The notes under the pieces were generated by a model that saw nothing but the letters and a program-made list of their open reading frames with translations, made no database searches and had not been told where the DNA came from. From Macrostomum lignano (lineage: Eukaryota): a DNA stretch of 64,000 nt. Where the stretch lies: assembly GCA_002269645.1 (NCBI GenBank), contig NIVC01000413.1, positions 186,001 through 250,000 of the forward strand. Direction: 5' to 3'. The position numbers were made by a program, and so were the translations under genes. Positions within the stretch are counted from its first letter, which is position 1. Each line of letters opens with the position of its first letter. Positions 49,693-62,437 of this stretch are shown piece by piece.

Positions 49693-50280
49693 CTTTAATC
49701 TTCTCGTCTCCGGCAGCCGCGGAAGCCTCCCCAAGTTGAGTCATAACGCCTTCCATAGCAACCAGTTGAGCTCTGGCCTCCGCCAGTTCGACCTCCAACG
49801 ATTCGACGCGTTTCGCAGCGTCGTCCCGTTCGCCGGCTAGCCGAGAATTGGCCGTCTGCAAGTCGTTTTCGGCGCTGGCGTAGGAGGACAGCATCCGATC
49901 GGCCCGGGAAATCTCCTCTAGCTGCGACAGTCGCGACTCGTTCCAATCGGCTCGTTCGCCTTCCAGGTCCTCGACGCGACGCTGCAGCCGGTCGGATTTC
50001 TCGCCGGCTTTAGCCAGCTCAGCTTCCACAGATTGGAGTCGCTTCATCAGTTCTGAGCATTGCTGAGACCGCCGATTGGCCTGGCTGAGTAGGGCGTCAA
50101 CAGCGGACAGCAAGTGCGCGTGCGAGCTGGTCACAATCTGCTCAGTGTCCGAGTCCAGCTGCCAGCTCGCCTCCTCCAGGCCCTGAGCCAGATCGTCCAG
50201 GGTGCCCGAGGCAACGTCTGCGGGGAGCATTGCGGCAGGTGGTTCTCAAATAGGCTTTTAATCCGTTACTGAAGCTGCTG
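49693..50280 (-). CDS. PCNT: Pericentrin/AKAP9-like exon (apparent +1 frameshift at 50222-50225)
   Basis: ttttcctag|C AGC AGC (phase 2) to AAA G|gtgagt (phase 1). The frame is continuous only if the C4 run is C3. Confidence 0.75.
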
Positions 50281-50329
50281 CTAGGAAAATTCTACAAGCA
50301 GGAATGAAAGCCCCATGTTTAGCGAGCAG

Positions 50330-51280
50330 GTGTCTGTCTGCCTGTCTGTCTGTTTTAAGTGTTTGTCTGTCTGTCTGCCTGTCTGTCTGTTTAAGTGTCT
50401 GTCTGTATGTCTGCCTGTGTGTCTAAGTGTCTGCCTGTATGTCTGCCTGTGTGTCTAAGTGTCTGCCTGTATGTCTGCCTGAGTGTCTAAGTGTCTGCCT
50501 GTATGTCTGCCTGTGTGTTTAAGTGTCTGCCTGTATGTCTGCCTGTGTGTCTAAGTGTCTGCCTGTATGTCTGCCTGTGTGTCTAAGTGTCTGCCTGTTT
50601 GTCTAAGTGTTTGTCTGTATGTCTGCCTGTGTGTCTAAGTGTCTGTCTGTATGTCTGCCTGTGTGTCTAAGTGTCTGCCTGTGTGTCTGCCTGTGTGTCT
50701 AAGTGTCTGCCTGTGTGTCTGCCTGTTTGTCTAAGTGTTTGTCTGCATGTCTGCCTGTGTGTCTAAGTGTCTGCCTGTATGTCTGCCTGTGTGTCTAAGT
50801 GTCTGTCTGTATGTCTGCCTGTGTGTCTAAGTGTCTGTCTGTATGTCTGCCTGTGTGTCTAAGTGTCTGTCTAAGTGTTTGTCTTTATGTCTGCCTGTGT
50901 GTCTAAGTGTCTGTCTAAGTGTTTGTCTTTATGTCTGCCTGTGTGTCTAAGTGTCTGTCTAAGTGTTTGTCTTTATGTCTGCCTGTGTGTCTAAGTGTCT
51001 GTCTGTATGTCTGCCTGTGTGTCTAAGTGTCTGTCAAAGTGTTTGTCTTTATGTCTGCCTGTGCGTCTAAGTGTCTGTCTAAGTGTTTGTCTTTATGTCT
51101 GCCTGTGTGTCTAAGTGTCTGTCTAAGTGTTTGTCTTTATGTCTGCCTGTGTGTCTAAGTGTCTGTCTAAGTGTTTGTCTTTATGTCTGCCTGTGTGTCT
51201 AAGTGTCTGTCTAAGTGTTTGTCTTTATGTCTGCCTGTGTGTCTAAGTGTCTGTCTAAGTGTCTGTCTGAGTGTCTGTGG
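50330..51280. repeat. Intronic (TGTC)-derived satellite with ctaagt, about 30-44-bp units
   Basis: Visible array. Confidence 0.95.
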
Positions 51281-52309
51281 AAGGGCACACACGTCAGTTA
51301 ATTCAGAATCCAGCAAAAAACACGCAAACAATCTACTTCAAACAAATGCAAGTTTTGACGAGAAAGCTCAAATCCCCAGGGAAATAGAAACAGGTGTGTT
51401 TAATAAGTGAGTTCTAATCAGGCAAATAAACTGTTATTGAAAAGGTTAGAACTACAGTTAAGTTAATTACTATAGACATAAGGCACAGATTTGAATAGAA
51501 TTTTACAACACGGAGAATATACAGTCAATATTTAACTACATATAAATGACACGTATGCCATTAAGAAACATGCAAACATGCATTATTAATATAATGCATA
51601 GCGGTGTAAGTAGTAATGTTAATAAATATATCATAATAATATTGATGCTACTACAAAGCCAGCGATCGTGCTCAAACAACACAGTTTGTAATTAAAGCAA
51701 TTATGTAATTAACCCTTACACTGAGTAGCGGCTCTAGTTAGATAACTCCAATTGGCTATCTCTGTAGTAATAGAAATTAGCAAAGCTGGTTTTTATAGAT
51801 TATAAATAAATGTCCGGTCTAGTCTACTTTTAGTAGAAAAAAACGATGTTAATTATAATGCAAAATATGGCACACAAAACATTACAAGAGATCCCTATAA
51901 AAGTTTTACTTGACTGTAGAGCACTCAAGGCTCTACAAAGCACGATTATATAGAGAAGCAACTAGAGATTAAAAATGTGAGCCAACTAATCCACCGAATC
52001 AGTTTATGCTTGTTATTCTAAGAAAAGCATCAAGTAACTTTATGCCACCTTATGTGAGAGAACACGAGCAAGCAATTTTATTAAGATTATTTAAAAAAGT
52101 GCAAGAACAATCGAAACTACTTCATCTTAGGATGGTTAACACAGTTTGCGTTATATTTTTTATGTATGTTGTTTTTCAAGTCCGAAAAAACGCTTACCAT
52201 GAGGTTACTAACCAGCCTTAATTACGATTAGGTTGAACATGAAGGAATTTGCTGTTTAATTTCCGCGTTTTTTGTATTTAAGCAACGTTTGTGACACTTT
52301 TATTTGGTG

Positions 52310-52373
52310 GGAGGCCATAGCATAGTATTCAAGCAAGTAGTCCTTACGATCTATAGGTCGCGAGTTCGAATGC
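52310..52373 (+). other. Degenerate tRNA/SINE-head-like sequence
   Basis: tagcatagt ... ggtcgcgagttcgaatgc resemble decayed A and B boxes. Confidence 0.3.
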
Positions 52374-52825
52374 AAAAAAATTAATTTTAAATCTACCTAC
52401 TAATGTCTCAAAATGTACTACCATGCTACTGTGACTTGAGTAGTATGAAAGCTTATTCTATAATTTCCTGCCGAATTCCTATTGGTTCGGCCTTATTTGA
52501 CATTCTAGCCGATATGTATCGTAATTCACCGTCTCTTACCAGACGGAGGTACAACATCGGGGCAGTTGGATTTCAGCCAGCCAACCAATTTCAAGTCGCA
52601 TTCGGAACAAGCTCGAAGGAGGCGAGAGCAGAGGGTGTACACCAGCTGATTCGTGGCTTGTAGCTTGGCCCTGCAAGGGTTGCAGATATAGTTCCGCTTG
52701 TTGACAAGTGTAAAATGATTGACATAGAATCTAATTAAGCAGCCAACAGAGCGGAATGTAGCTAAGGTCAACTTTTCAGTATGCATTTTGTCACGGTGGC
52801 TGCCTTGCGGCTGAGGGTGACGCAA

Positions 52826-53338
52826 GATACAGAGGGGGCGCCAACTACAGAGGGGGCGCCAGCTACAGAGGGGGCGCCAGCTACAGAGGGGGCGCCAGCT
52901 ACAGAGGGGGCGCCAGCTACAGAGGGGGGCGCCAGCTACAGAGGAAGCGCCATCTACAGAGGGGGCGCCAGCTTCAGAGGGGGGCGCCAGCTACAGAGGG
53001 GGCGCCAGCTACAGAGGGGGCGCCAGCTACAGAGGGGGCGCCAGCTACAGAGGGGGCGCCAGCTACAGAGGAAGCGCCATCTACAGAGGGGGCGCCAGCT
53101 TCAGAGGGGGGCGCCAGCTACAGAGGGGGCGCCAGCTACAGAGGGGGCGCCAGCTACAGAGGGGGCGCCAGCTACAGAGGGGGGCGCCAGCTACAGAGGA
53201 AGCGCCATCTACAGAGGGGGCGCCAGCTTCAGAGGGGGGCGCCAGCTACAGAGGGGGCGCCAGCTACAGAGGGGGGCACCAGCTACAGAGGGGGGCACCA
53301 GCTACAGAGGGGGGCGCCAGCTACAGAGGGGGCGCCAG
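52826..53338. repeat. 18-bp GC-rich intronic minisatellite gggggcgccagctacaga
   Basis: About 27 copies with G-run length variants. Confidence 0.95.
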
Positions 53339-53481
53339 GACTTACCTTTCCGACAGCCCTTAAACTATGTCATTGCGGAGGCAAAGTGTACAAATTTAAA
53401 CGCTTTAAAATAACTGACACCCCAGTTATCAAAGAGATATCATTAAACTCGAATACACACAGAAATCATAAAGCGGCTCAC

Positions 53482-53621
53482 ATGGTCTCTTGAGAAATCA
53501 CAGGCTCTGAGTCGCCGGCATCGAACTGTGAGCACGAGTCCAACAGGGTGGGCGCTGACGGCTGGCTCTGCAGTTGAGCTTCCAGTTCAGCCTTGGACTG
53601 GCGGACACTCTCTAGTTGGGC
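53482..53621 (-). CDS. PCNT: Pericentrin/AKAP9-like exon (not in ORF track)
   Basis: atcatgcag|GCC CAA CTA GAG (phase 0) to ACC AT|gtgagc (phase 2). Confidence 0.8.
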
Positions 53622-53764
53622 CTGCATGATGAGTGGGAGGGATAAGATAGGGGCGGGTAGGGATTGCTGAATTGAACTGCCCCTTACAGACAGCTAATAA
53701 AGTGGAAAATGCGATTTAAAACACATCAGTTACAATAATATGGAGACAGCAAAGGTTTGACAGA

Positions 53765-55150
53765 GAAACACACACAGTTAGAGAAACACACAGGTCAGAG
53801 AAACACACAGGTCAGAGAAACACACAAGTCAGAGTAACACACACAGTCAGAGAAACACACAGGTCAGAGAAACACACACAAGTCAGAGAAACACACACAG
53901 GTCAGAGAAACACACACAGTCAGAGAAACACACACAGGTCAGAGAAACACACAGGTCAGAGAAACACACAGGTCAGAGAAACACACACAGGTCAGAGAAA
54001 CACACACAGGTCAGAGAAACACACACAGGTCAGAGAAACACACACAGGTCAGAGAAACACACACAGGTCAGAGAAACACACACAGGTCAGAGAAACACAC
54101 ACAGGTCAGAGAAACAAACACAGGTCAGAGAAACACACACACAGGTCAGAGAAACACACAGGTCAGAGAAACACACAGGTCAGAGAAACACACAGGTCAG
54201 AGAAACACACACAGGTCAGAGAAACACACACAGGTCAGAGAAACACACACAGGTCAGAGAAACACACACAGGTCAGAGAAACACACACAGGTCAGAGAAA
54301 CACACAGGTCAGAGAAACACACAAGCAGAGAAACTCACACAGTTAGAGAAACACACAAACAGAGAAACTCACACAGTTAGAGAAACACACACACAGGTCA
54401 GAGAAACACACACAGGTCAGAGAAACACACACAGTCAGAGAAACACACACAGGTCAGAGAAACACACACAGGTCAGAGAAACACACAGGTCAGAGAAACA
54501 CACACAGGTCAGAGAAACACACACAGGTCAGAGAAACACACACAGGTCAGAGAAACACACACAGTTAGAGAAACACACACAGGTCAGAGAAACACACACA
54601 GGTCAGAGAAACACACAGGTCAGAGAAACACACACAGGTCAGAGAAACACACACAGGTCAGAGAAACACACACAGGTCAGAGAAACACACACAAGTCAGA
54701 GAAACACACAGGTCAGAGAAACACACAGTCAGAGAAACACACAGGTCAGAGAAACACACAGGTCAGAGAAACACACAGGTCAGAGAAACACACAAGTCAG
54801 AGAAACACACACAGTCAGAGAAACACACAGGTCAGAGAAACACACACAGGTCAGAGAAACACACAGGTCAGAGAAACACACACAAGTCAGAGAAACACAC
54901 AGGTCAGAGAAACACACACAGTCAGAGAAACACACAGGTCAGAGAAACACACAGGTCAGAGAAACACACAAGTCAGAGTAACACACACAGTCAGAGAAAC
55001 ACACAGGTCAGAGAAACACACACAAGTCAGAGAAACACACAGGTCAGAGAAACACACACAGTCAGAGAAACACACAGGTCAGATAAACACACAGGTCAGA
55101 GAAACACACACAGGTCAGAGAAACACACACAGCCAGAGAAACACACAGTT
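53765..55150. repeat. Intronic minisatellite ggtcagagaaacacaca(ca)
   Basis: 17-21-bp units with variable CA count. Confidence 0.97.
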
Positions 55151-55206
55151 AAACAAACACACAAAAACAATATTGACACTTGACAGGTCAAACCGGGTGC
55201 TCAGAC

Positions 55207-55284
55207 CTCAAAGCCGGCAACGAGTTCCGCTTTCTCTTTGTTGAATTTGGCCGCCAGTCTCTGCTGCATCTCTCGCAGTTCGGT
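55207..55284 (-). CDS. PCNT: Pericentrin/AKAP9-like 78-nt exon (not in ORF track)
   Basis: tttttccag|ACC GAA CTG (TELREMQQRLAAKFNKEKAELVAGFE) to GAG|gtctga; phase 0/0. Confidence 0.8.
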
Positions 55285-55534
55285 CTGGAAAAAGCGGGTG
55301 TAAGCGAAAAGTGCTTCATGTTTTGTATATGTAAAATTTAATGACACTGCTGAACCATATAAGAACATATTCAGTAATCAGAATACCAACAGTTGCTTGA
55401 TGACAAAGCAAAAATTGTGAATCAAAACTGTGAAAAATAAAATATTTAAAAAATTATTTTCAATTTATAACGTGATTAGAATATTCGGTAGAGATTTTTG
55501 AACAAAACTCCTTTTTTTGAATCCAAGATCTGTC

Positions 55535-56352
55535 TTTTTGGAACGGACAAGTGCCATTTTTTAACGGACAAGTGCCATTTTGGAACGGACAAGTGCCATT
55601 TTTTAACTGACAAGTGCCATTTTTTAACGGACAAGTGCCATTTTGGAACTGACAAGTGCCATTTCGGAACTGGTAAGTGCCATTTTGGAACGGACAAGTG
55701 CCATTTTGGAACGGACAAGTGCCATTTTGGAACTGACAAGTGCCATTTTGGAACGGACAAGTGCCATTTTGGAACGGACAAGTGCCATTTTGGAACGGAC
55801 AAGTGCCATTTTGGAACTGACAAGTGCCATTTTGGAACTGACAAGTGCCATTTTGGAACTGACAAGTGCCATTTTTTAACTGACAAGTGCCATTTTGGAA
55901 CTGAGAAGTGCCATTTTGGAACTGACAAGTGCCATTTTTTAACTGACAAGTGCCATTTTGGAACTGAGAAGTGCCATTTTTTAACTGACAAGTGCCATTT
56001 TGGAACTGACAAGTGCCATTTTTTAACGGACAAGTGCCATTTTGAAACTGACAAGTGCCATTTCGGAACTGGTAAGTGCCATTTTGGGACTGACAAGTGC
56101 CATTTTTTAACTGACAAGTGCCATTTTGGAACTGACAAGTGTCATTTTTTAACTGACAAGTGCCATTTTGGAACTGACAAGTGCCATTTTTTAACGGACA
56201 AGTGCCATTTTGGAACTGACAAGTGCCATTTTTTAACTGACAAGTGCCATTTTTTAACGGACAAGTGCCATTTTGGAACTGACAAGTGCAATTTTGGAAC
56301 TGACAAGTGCCATTTTGGAACTGACAAGTGCCATTTTGGAACTGACAAGTGT
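55535..56352. repeat. 21-bp intronic minisatellite ggaactgacaagtgccatttt
   Basis: About 39 copies. Confidence 0.97.
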
Positions 56353-56964
56353 CAATATGAATCTGAGCAGTGCCATTTTTATTAGATCAATGTCATTTTG
56401 ACTTGATAAGTGCCATTTGAAATTTGAAGACTTTACAATTGTTTCTTTAAATAAACATATATGATTCATAGAAAAAATCATTGATTTCAAAATTAAAAGC
56501 AAACATTATCCGAAAACATTAAAACAAATCTGCTTACGGATAAAAAATAATTGAAACAATCATGATTTCAGATATACCGCATAGTTCCATTGAATTCCAA
56601 CCAAAATCTCTTGCGTTAAAACAACGGTATTAATTTCAGAAAGTCAATGATTATAACAAAGTGAAGTGAAACAGAGCTGCAGAAAACTGGGGCAGAAATA
56701 TGCAAGATTTTTTAAAAACAGTAGCTACCAATCTTTTCTTTCGCCTGATGTCAGCTGGTTTTGCCTGTTGATAAAAATCGATCGCGAGTAACTGTTAAAT
56801 GCCTTAAATAAATTAATTTTATAACTCTCTTCAGAATTTTAATTCAAACTGACTAACTTTATGTTTATTGCAGCAGTCGTCTGAAACAAAGACTGAATAA
56901 AAGCAGCAAGTGTCTAGAACAAAAGATCGGTATTTAGGGTCAACATCTGAAAATACCAACAGCA

Positions 56965-58060
56965 CAGAATGGCTGTCCGAAACAAAGACTAAGAGAATGG
57001 CTGTCCGAAACAAAGACTAAGAGAATGGCTGTCCGAAACAAACTAAGAGAGTGGCTGTCCGAAACCGAGACCAACAATATAGAGAATGGCTGTCCGAAAC
57101 AAAGACTAAGAGAATGGCTGTCCAAAACAAAGACTAAGAGAATGGCTGTCCGAAACAAAGACTAAGAGAATGGCTGTCCGAAAAAAAACTAAGAGAATGG
57201 CTGTCCGAAACAAAGACTAAGAGAATGGCTGTCCGAAACAAAGACTAAGAGAATGGCTGTCCGAAAAAAACTAAGAGAGTGGCTGTCCGAAACCGAGACC
57301 AACAATATAGAGAATGGCTGTCCGAAACAAAGACTAAGAGAATGGCTGTCCGAAACAAACTAAGAGAATGGCTGTCTGAAACAAAGTCTAAGAGAATGGC
57401 TGTCCGAAATAAAGACTAAGAGAATGGCTGTCCGAAACAAAGTCTAAGAGAATGGCTGTCCGAAACAAACTCGAAAAGAATGGCTGTCCGAAACAAAGAC
57501 TAAGAGAATGGCTGTCTGAAACAAAGTCTAAGAGAATGGCTGTCCGAAATAAAGACTAAGAGAATGGCTGTCCGAAACAAAGTCTAAGAGAATGGCTGTC
57601 GAAACAAACTCGAAAAGAATGGCTGTCCGAAACAAAGACTAAGAGAATGGCTGTCTGAAACAAAGTCTAAGAGAATGGCTGTCCGAAATAAAGACTAAGA
57701 GAATGGCTGTCTGAAACAAAGTCTAAGAGAATGGCTGTCGAAACAAACTCGAAAAGAATGGCTGTCCGAAACAAAGACTAAGAGAATGGCTGTCTGAAAC
57801 AAAGTCTAAGAGAATGGCTGTCCGAAACAAAGACTAAGAGAATGGCTGTCTGAAACAAAGTCTAAGAGAATGGCTGTCCGAAATAAAGACTAGGAGAATG
57901 GCTGTCCGAAACAAAGTCTAAGAGAATGGCTGTCGAAACAAACTCGAAAAGAATGGCTGTCCGAAACAAAGACTAAGAGAATGGCTGTCTGAAACAAAGT
58001 CTAAGAGAATGGCTGTCCGAAACAAAGACTTAGAGAATGGCTGTCCGAAACAAAGACAAA
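56965..58060. repeat. About 28-bp intronic minisatellite gagaatggctgtccgaaacaaagactaa
   Basis: About 38 copies with higher-order variants. Confidence 0.97.
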
Positions 58061-58214
58061 GACTAACAGATTGTCTGTCCGAAGCAGACTGAAAAGAAAC
58101 AAAGACCAACAATGATGGGAATAAAGAGATAATAAAATGATGTTTGCAAAAACAAAGACTAATGAGTCTAGATCCCTATTCCCCATAAAACCAGCTGCCG
58201 CAAACAAGACTTAC

Positions 58215-58387
58215 ATTATGATGAGACTCTAGTTCGTCAAATTCTTCGGCATATTTCTGTTCAATCTGTTCCACTTCGGACTTGTGCCGCGCCTCCAGAG
58301 CTTCAATTTCGTCTTCTTTGGAGTCGCGAATCTCAGACTGAGTGGCCAGAGCCTCCATCAGGCTGCGGTCCATGGCCTCGTCATTCT
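58215..58387 (-). CDS. PCNT: Pericentrin/AKAP9-like exon
   Basis: taatcgcag|AG AAT GAC (phase 1) to CAT AAT|gtaagt (phase 0). Confidence 0.85.
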
Positions 58388-59229
58388 CTGCGATTATGGG
58401 AATGAAAGTTGGATTCTATAATATAGCTGGAAAATAAGCTATGCCGATGAAATACTGATGTCTGTGGCCGTGAAACATCAGAGCAAAAGCTGTTAAATAA
58501 AAGGTCTCAATAATATTGAAGGAGTCTAGTAAAAAATCCTATCTTTTTATACTTGTAGTATTAAATTCTTTAAAAGTCTAATTTTGGTTTTCTACTAAGA
58601 AAATGACCATTTTATATTATGGCTTGTATCTTAGAAAGAATGACTTCTGTTTTCTTAGAAACGTTCTAAGAAATAAGTGCTTTTATGCTTTTAGCTTTGT
58701 GTTTTATACCCGGCCTTGTAGCCATCCAATCTTTAGAGTTATGAGCTCTGTTCTCCCTGTCTGGTCCATCTTGCCTTGCTTTGGTCCATCTGCTGGCTCT
58801 TCTGATTGTCTCCCTGCTTTTTGTGTCTTGGCTCTCATCTCTGACAGTGGATTAGAGTCCTGGGGAATGAGTTCGTCCCGAATCGTCCCTTGGCCTGGCT
58901 CCAATCCGTAGACTAGGATACTTCCTCTCTCGGACCAAATGCATACTCACATATTGTTTAGAGCTGGGTAGTGAAAAAGCCTTGAGGCTTGCAGCCCTAT
59001 AGGAGGTTTTGTGTCTGGGCCTTACCTGATAGGAGTCTCGCCCTTGGTAAATAAGATGCCCAGACTCGCTCCAATTAATTTAAGCCATTTCCGTAGACTT
59101 CGGGGTCTCCCCGCTCTCGGACCGCTTTCAATAGTCCTAATAATCCTAATAATTTTCCAATCTTTTTCGCGCACTCCCGGGACTTGTCTGCTGGGGGGGG
59201 TGGCTTGGGTGGAATCGGTCTTAGCACCG

Positions 59230-59945
59230 TCCCTGACTCCACTTTTGGGTTGGCGGTGTCTTAGTCCATAGGCTTGGGTTGGCGGTGTCTTAGTCCATAG
59301 GCTTGGGTTGGCGGTGTCTTAGTCCATAGGCTTGGGTTGGCGGTGTCTTAGTCCATAGGCTTGGGTTGGCGGTGTCTTAGTCCATAGGCTTGGGTTGGCG
59401 GTGTCTTAGTCCATAGGCTTGGGTTGGCGGTGTCTTAGTCCATAGGCTTGGGTTGGCGGTGTCTTAGTCCATAGGCTTGGGTTGGCGGTGTCTTAGTCCA
59501 TAGGCTTGGGTTGGCGGTGTCTTAGTCCACAGGCTTGGGTTGGCGGTGTCTTAGTCCACAGGCTTGGGTTGGCGGTGTCTTAGTCCATAGGCTTGGGTTG
59601 GCGGTGTCTTAGTCCATAGGCTTGGGTTGGCGGTGTCTTAGTCCATAGGCTTGGGTTGGCGGTGTCTTAGTCCATAGGCTTGGGTTGGCGGTGTCTTAGT
59701 CCATAGGCTTGGGTTGGCGGTGTCTTAGTCCATAGGCTTGGGTTGGCGGTGTCTTAGTCCATAGGCTTGGGTTGGCGGTGTCTTAGTCCATAGGCTTGGG
59801 TTGGCGGTGTCTTAGTCCATAGGCTTGGGTTGGCGGTGTCTTAGTCCATAGGCTTGGGTTGGCGGTGTCTTAGTCCATAGGCTTGGGTTGGCGGTGTCTT
59901 AGTCCATAGGCTTGGGTTGGCGGTGTCTTAGTCCATAGGCTTGGG
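59230..59945. repeat. 29-bp very homogeneous minisatellite ggcttgggttggcggtgtcttagtccata
   Basis: About 24 copies, nearly identical (cata>caca in two). Confidence 0.98.
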
Positions 59946-60257
59946 CTAGTAGTACCAATAAGGTTTTCCCCCTGGCCACGACGTCAGGTCCCAATCTGGG
60001 CTGCTCGGGCTATCTGCCCCTGATAGATGTGCCCCCTATATTCAGCGGCAGAGCTCTTCCTTGGGCTGATCCACGGGAGCCCCTGGCTACCCATCCTCGT
60101 TTAACAACAACAACAAGTGCAGCGATAGGAATAAAACAATAAATATTTGCACTCATACAAACGCTCACACAGGGTGTACATCGATTCCCCTGACTTTCTA
60201 GTTGTCAGGCATGTACATCTCTGTGGCCTGGGGGTTTGGTCCAGCAGCTACACTTAC

Positions 60258-61281
60258 CTTCTTGTATTCGCTGAATCTCGGCCTCATAATCGTCTTGCAA
60301 TCGAGCAAGCTTAGCCTCATAATCCTCAGTGACAGATTCCAGTTTCCCACGCAGAGATTCCACTTCCTCCTTAAGCTTATCGAGTTCAAATTTATCTCTG
60401 CTCAGCTCAGATTCCTCATTGTCAGCGTGAGAATTTGCGTCTAGAATGGTGCCACCGCCAGAAGTGGCGCTAGACGAAATAGCGTCAGAAATGGCGCCAG
60501 AAGTAGCGCCAGAATCAGTGACATCAACCGTAATAATTAAACTATTATTAGTTTGTTCATCAGCAATACTGCAGGAACTGGCGTGGACTACATTGGAAAC
60601 GGCCAGGTTCCTCTTAGCAGCTTTAGTATTAGAAGCCTCAGCTTCCGCCACTGCGACATCAACGCAAGCGGACAGCCGATCTTGCAAACTGCTGAGCTGG
60701 CCTCTCAGCGAATGGATCTCCTCATTCCGAGCATTCACCAAATCGTTCAGCTCGTCCAAGCGACCTTCATCGCAGGCGTCAGTTAGCGAGTCGCTGCTAT
60801 GGGAATCGATGCACTCGTTCAAACGTTTGCCAGTTCGAGTTGAATCAGCTGATCGCGCCAAATCCGCTTGTGCTTCTTCGTCTTCTTCTTCGATGCTGTC
60901 GGTTGCCAGAAGTTCCGGACGCTGAAATTGCTGCTTAGATTTCTGCTCCAGCTCTTGCCTGCAGCTGGTCAGAGCGACTGTCAATTCATCAACTTCATCG
61001 CGCAACCGTTTGATCTCATCCTGAGCCGCTGTTAAGCTAGTTTTATTATCATCTGACAGAGCACTACTACTAGTAGCATCAAGCAATTTGACTGGACTGT
61101 TTTGCAATCCAATAGCGGTGGCAACGGCGGCCTCAGATTCGGCGAGCTGAGCCGCCAGAGTGTCGGCGTAGACGCGACGTTCGGCTAAATCCGATTTGCA
61201 AGTCGCGAGTTCGAGTCTTAACGATTCGGTTTCGGAACGATTAGCCTCAAGTTGGCGTTGCAAATTTGCGAGCTCCTCCGA
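60258..61281 (-). CDS. PCNT: Pericentrin/AKAP9-like 1-kb exon
   Basis: cacccgcag|TCG GAG GAG (phase 0) to GAA G|gtaagt (phase 1); coiled-coil rich. Confidence 0.85.
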
Positions 61282-61609
61282 CTGCGGGTGATTAGTTTAA
61301 AAAGTTAATAAAAACACCAGTTTCTACTGTTAGCAGAGTATCGAAGACATTTTTTTCATTTAACTAAAAAACGCCACAAAATTTAAACTTTTCTACTTTA
61401 AGTAGAATTGGAACTAGAAACAATTAGACTTAACATTTAAACTTGAATGAATCCTTTAACAAAACAATACGATAATTACCATAATTCGATCTGTGACAGT
61501 TTGATAACTGAACTGCCTGACTGCCAGCACTCGTCGAGAACGTCTTGACTTTTAATATATTTAAAATTGAAATATATTTACATATTTAAATAAAAGAACC
61601 ACCTAAAAC

Positions 61610-62410
61610 ACTGACCAGCCAATCAGAACAACTCAAAACACTGACCATCCAATCAGAACCACCCAAAGCACAGAACAGCCAATTAGGACCACCCAAAACA
61701 ATGACCAGCCAATCAGACAACATCCAAATACTGACCAGCCAATCTGAACCATCTAGAGCTCTGACCAGCCGATCAGAAATATCTGAAGCTACAACCAGCC
61801 AATCAGAACCATCTGAAGCTCTGACCAGCCAACCAGAATCACCTAAAACACCGAACAGCCAATCAGAACCATCCGAAGCTCCGACCAGCCAACCAGAACC
61901 ACCCAAAACACCGAAGAGCCAATCAGAACCACCCAAAACACCGAACAGCCAATCAGAACCACCACTCAAAACACCTGATAAGCCAATCAGAACCACCCAA
62001 AACACCGATAAGCCAATCAGAACCATCCGAAGCTCTGCCAGCCAATCAGAACCATCCGAAGCTCTGCCAGCCAATCAGAACCATCCGAAGCTCTGCCAGC
62101 CAATCAGAACCATCCGAAGCTCTGCCAGCCAATCAGAACCATCCGAAGCTCTGCCAGCCAATCAGAACCATCCGAAGCTCTGCCAGCCAATCAGAACCAT
62201 CCGAAGCTCTGCCAGCCAATCAGAACCACCCGAAGCTCTGCCAGCCAATCAGAACCATCCGAAGCTCTGCCAGCCAATCAGAACCATCCGAAGATCTGAC
62301 CAGCCAATCAGAACCACCCAAAACACCGACCAGCCAATCATAACCACCTAAAACACTGACCAGCCAATCAGAACCACTCAAAAATCGATCAGCCAATCAG
62401 AACCAATGAA
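61610..62410. repeat. Intronic CCAAT-core repeat (ccagccaatcagaaccatccgaagctctg), 29-bp unit
   Basis: More than 20 agccaatcagaa cores. Confidence 0.93.
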
Positions 62411-62437
62411 TCAAACCGAGATAACTTTGTCCCTCAC

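Noticed and set aside
55476-56385. TDKCHFG and SVPKWHL ORFs (Cys/His-rich, zinc-finger-like)
   Set aside because: Frames of a 21-bp array that are open on both strands, with no splice or start signals.
59951-59990. Hammerhead-like CTGACG...GAAA..GTA on the minus strand
   Set aside because: The core is CTGACGT rather than CTGANGA, there is an extra A, and stems I and II do not pair.
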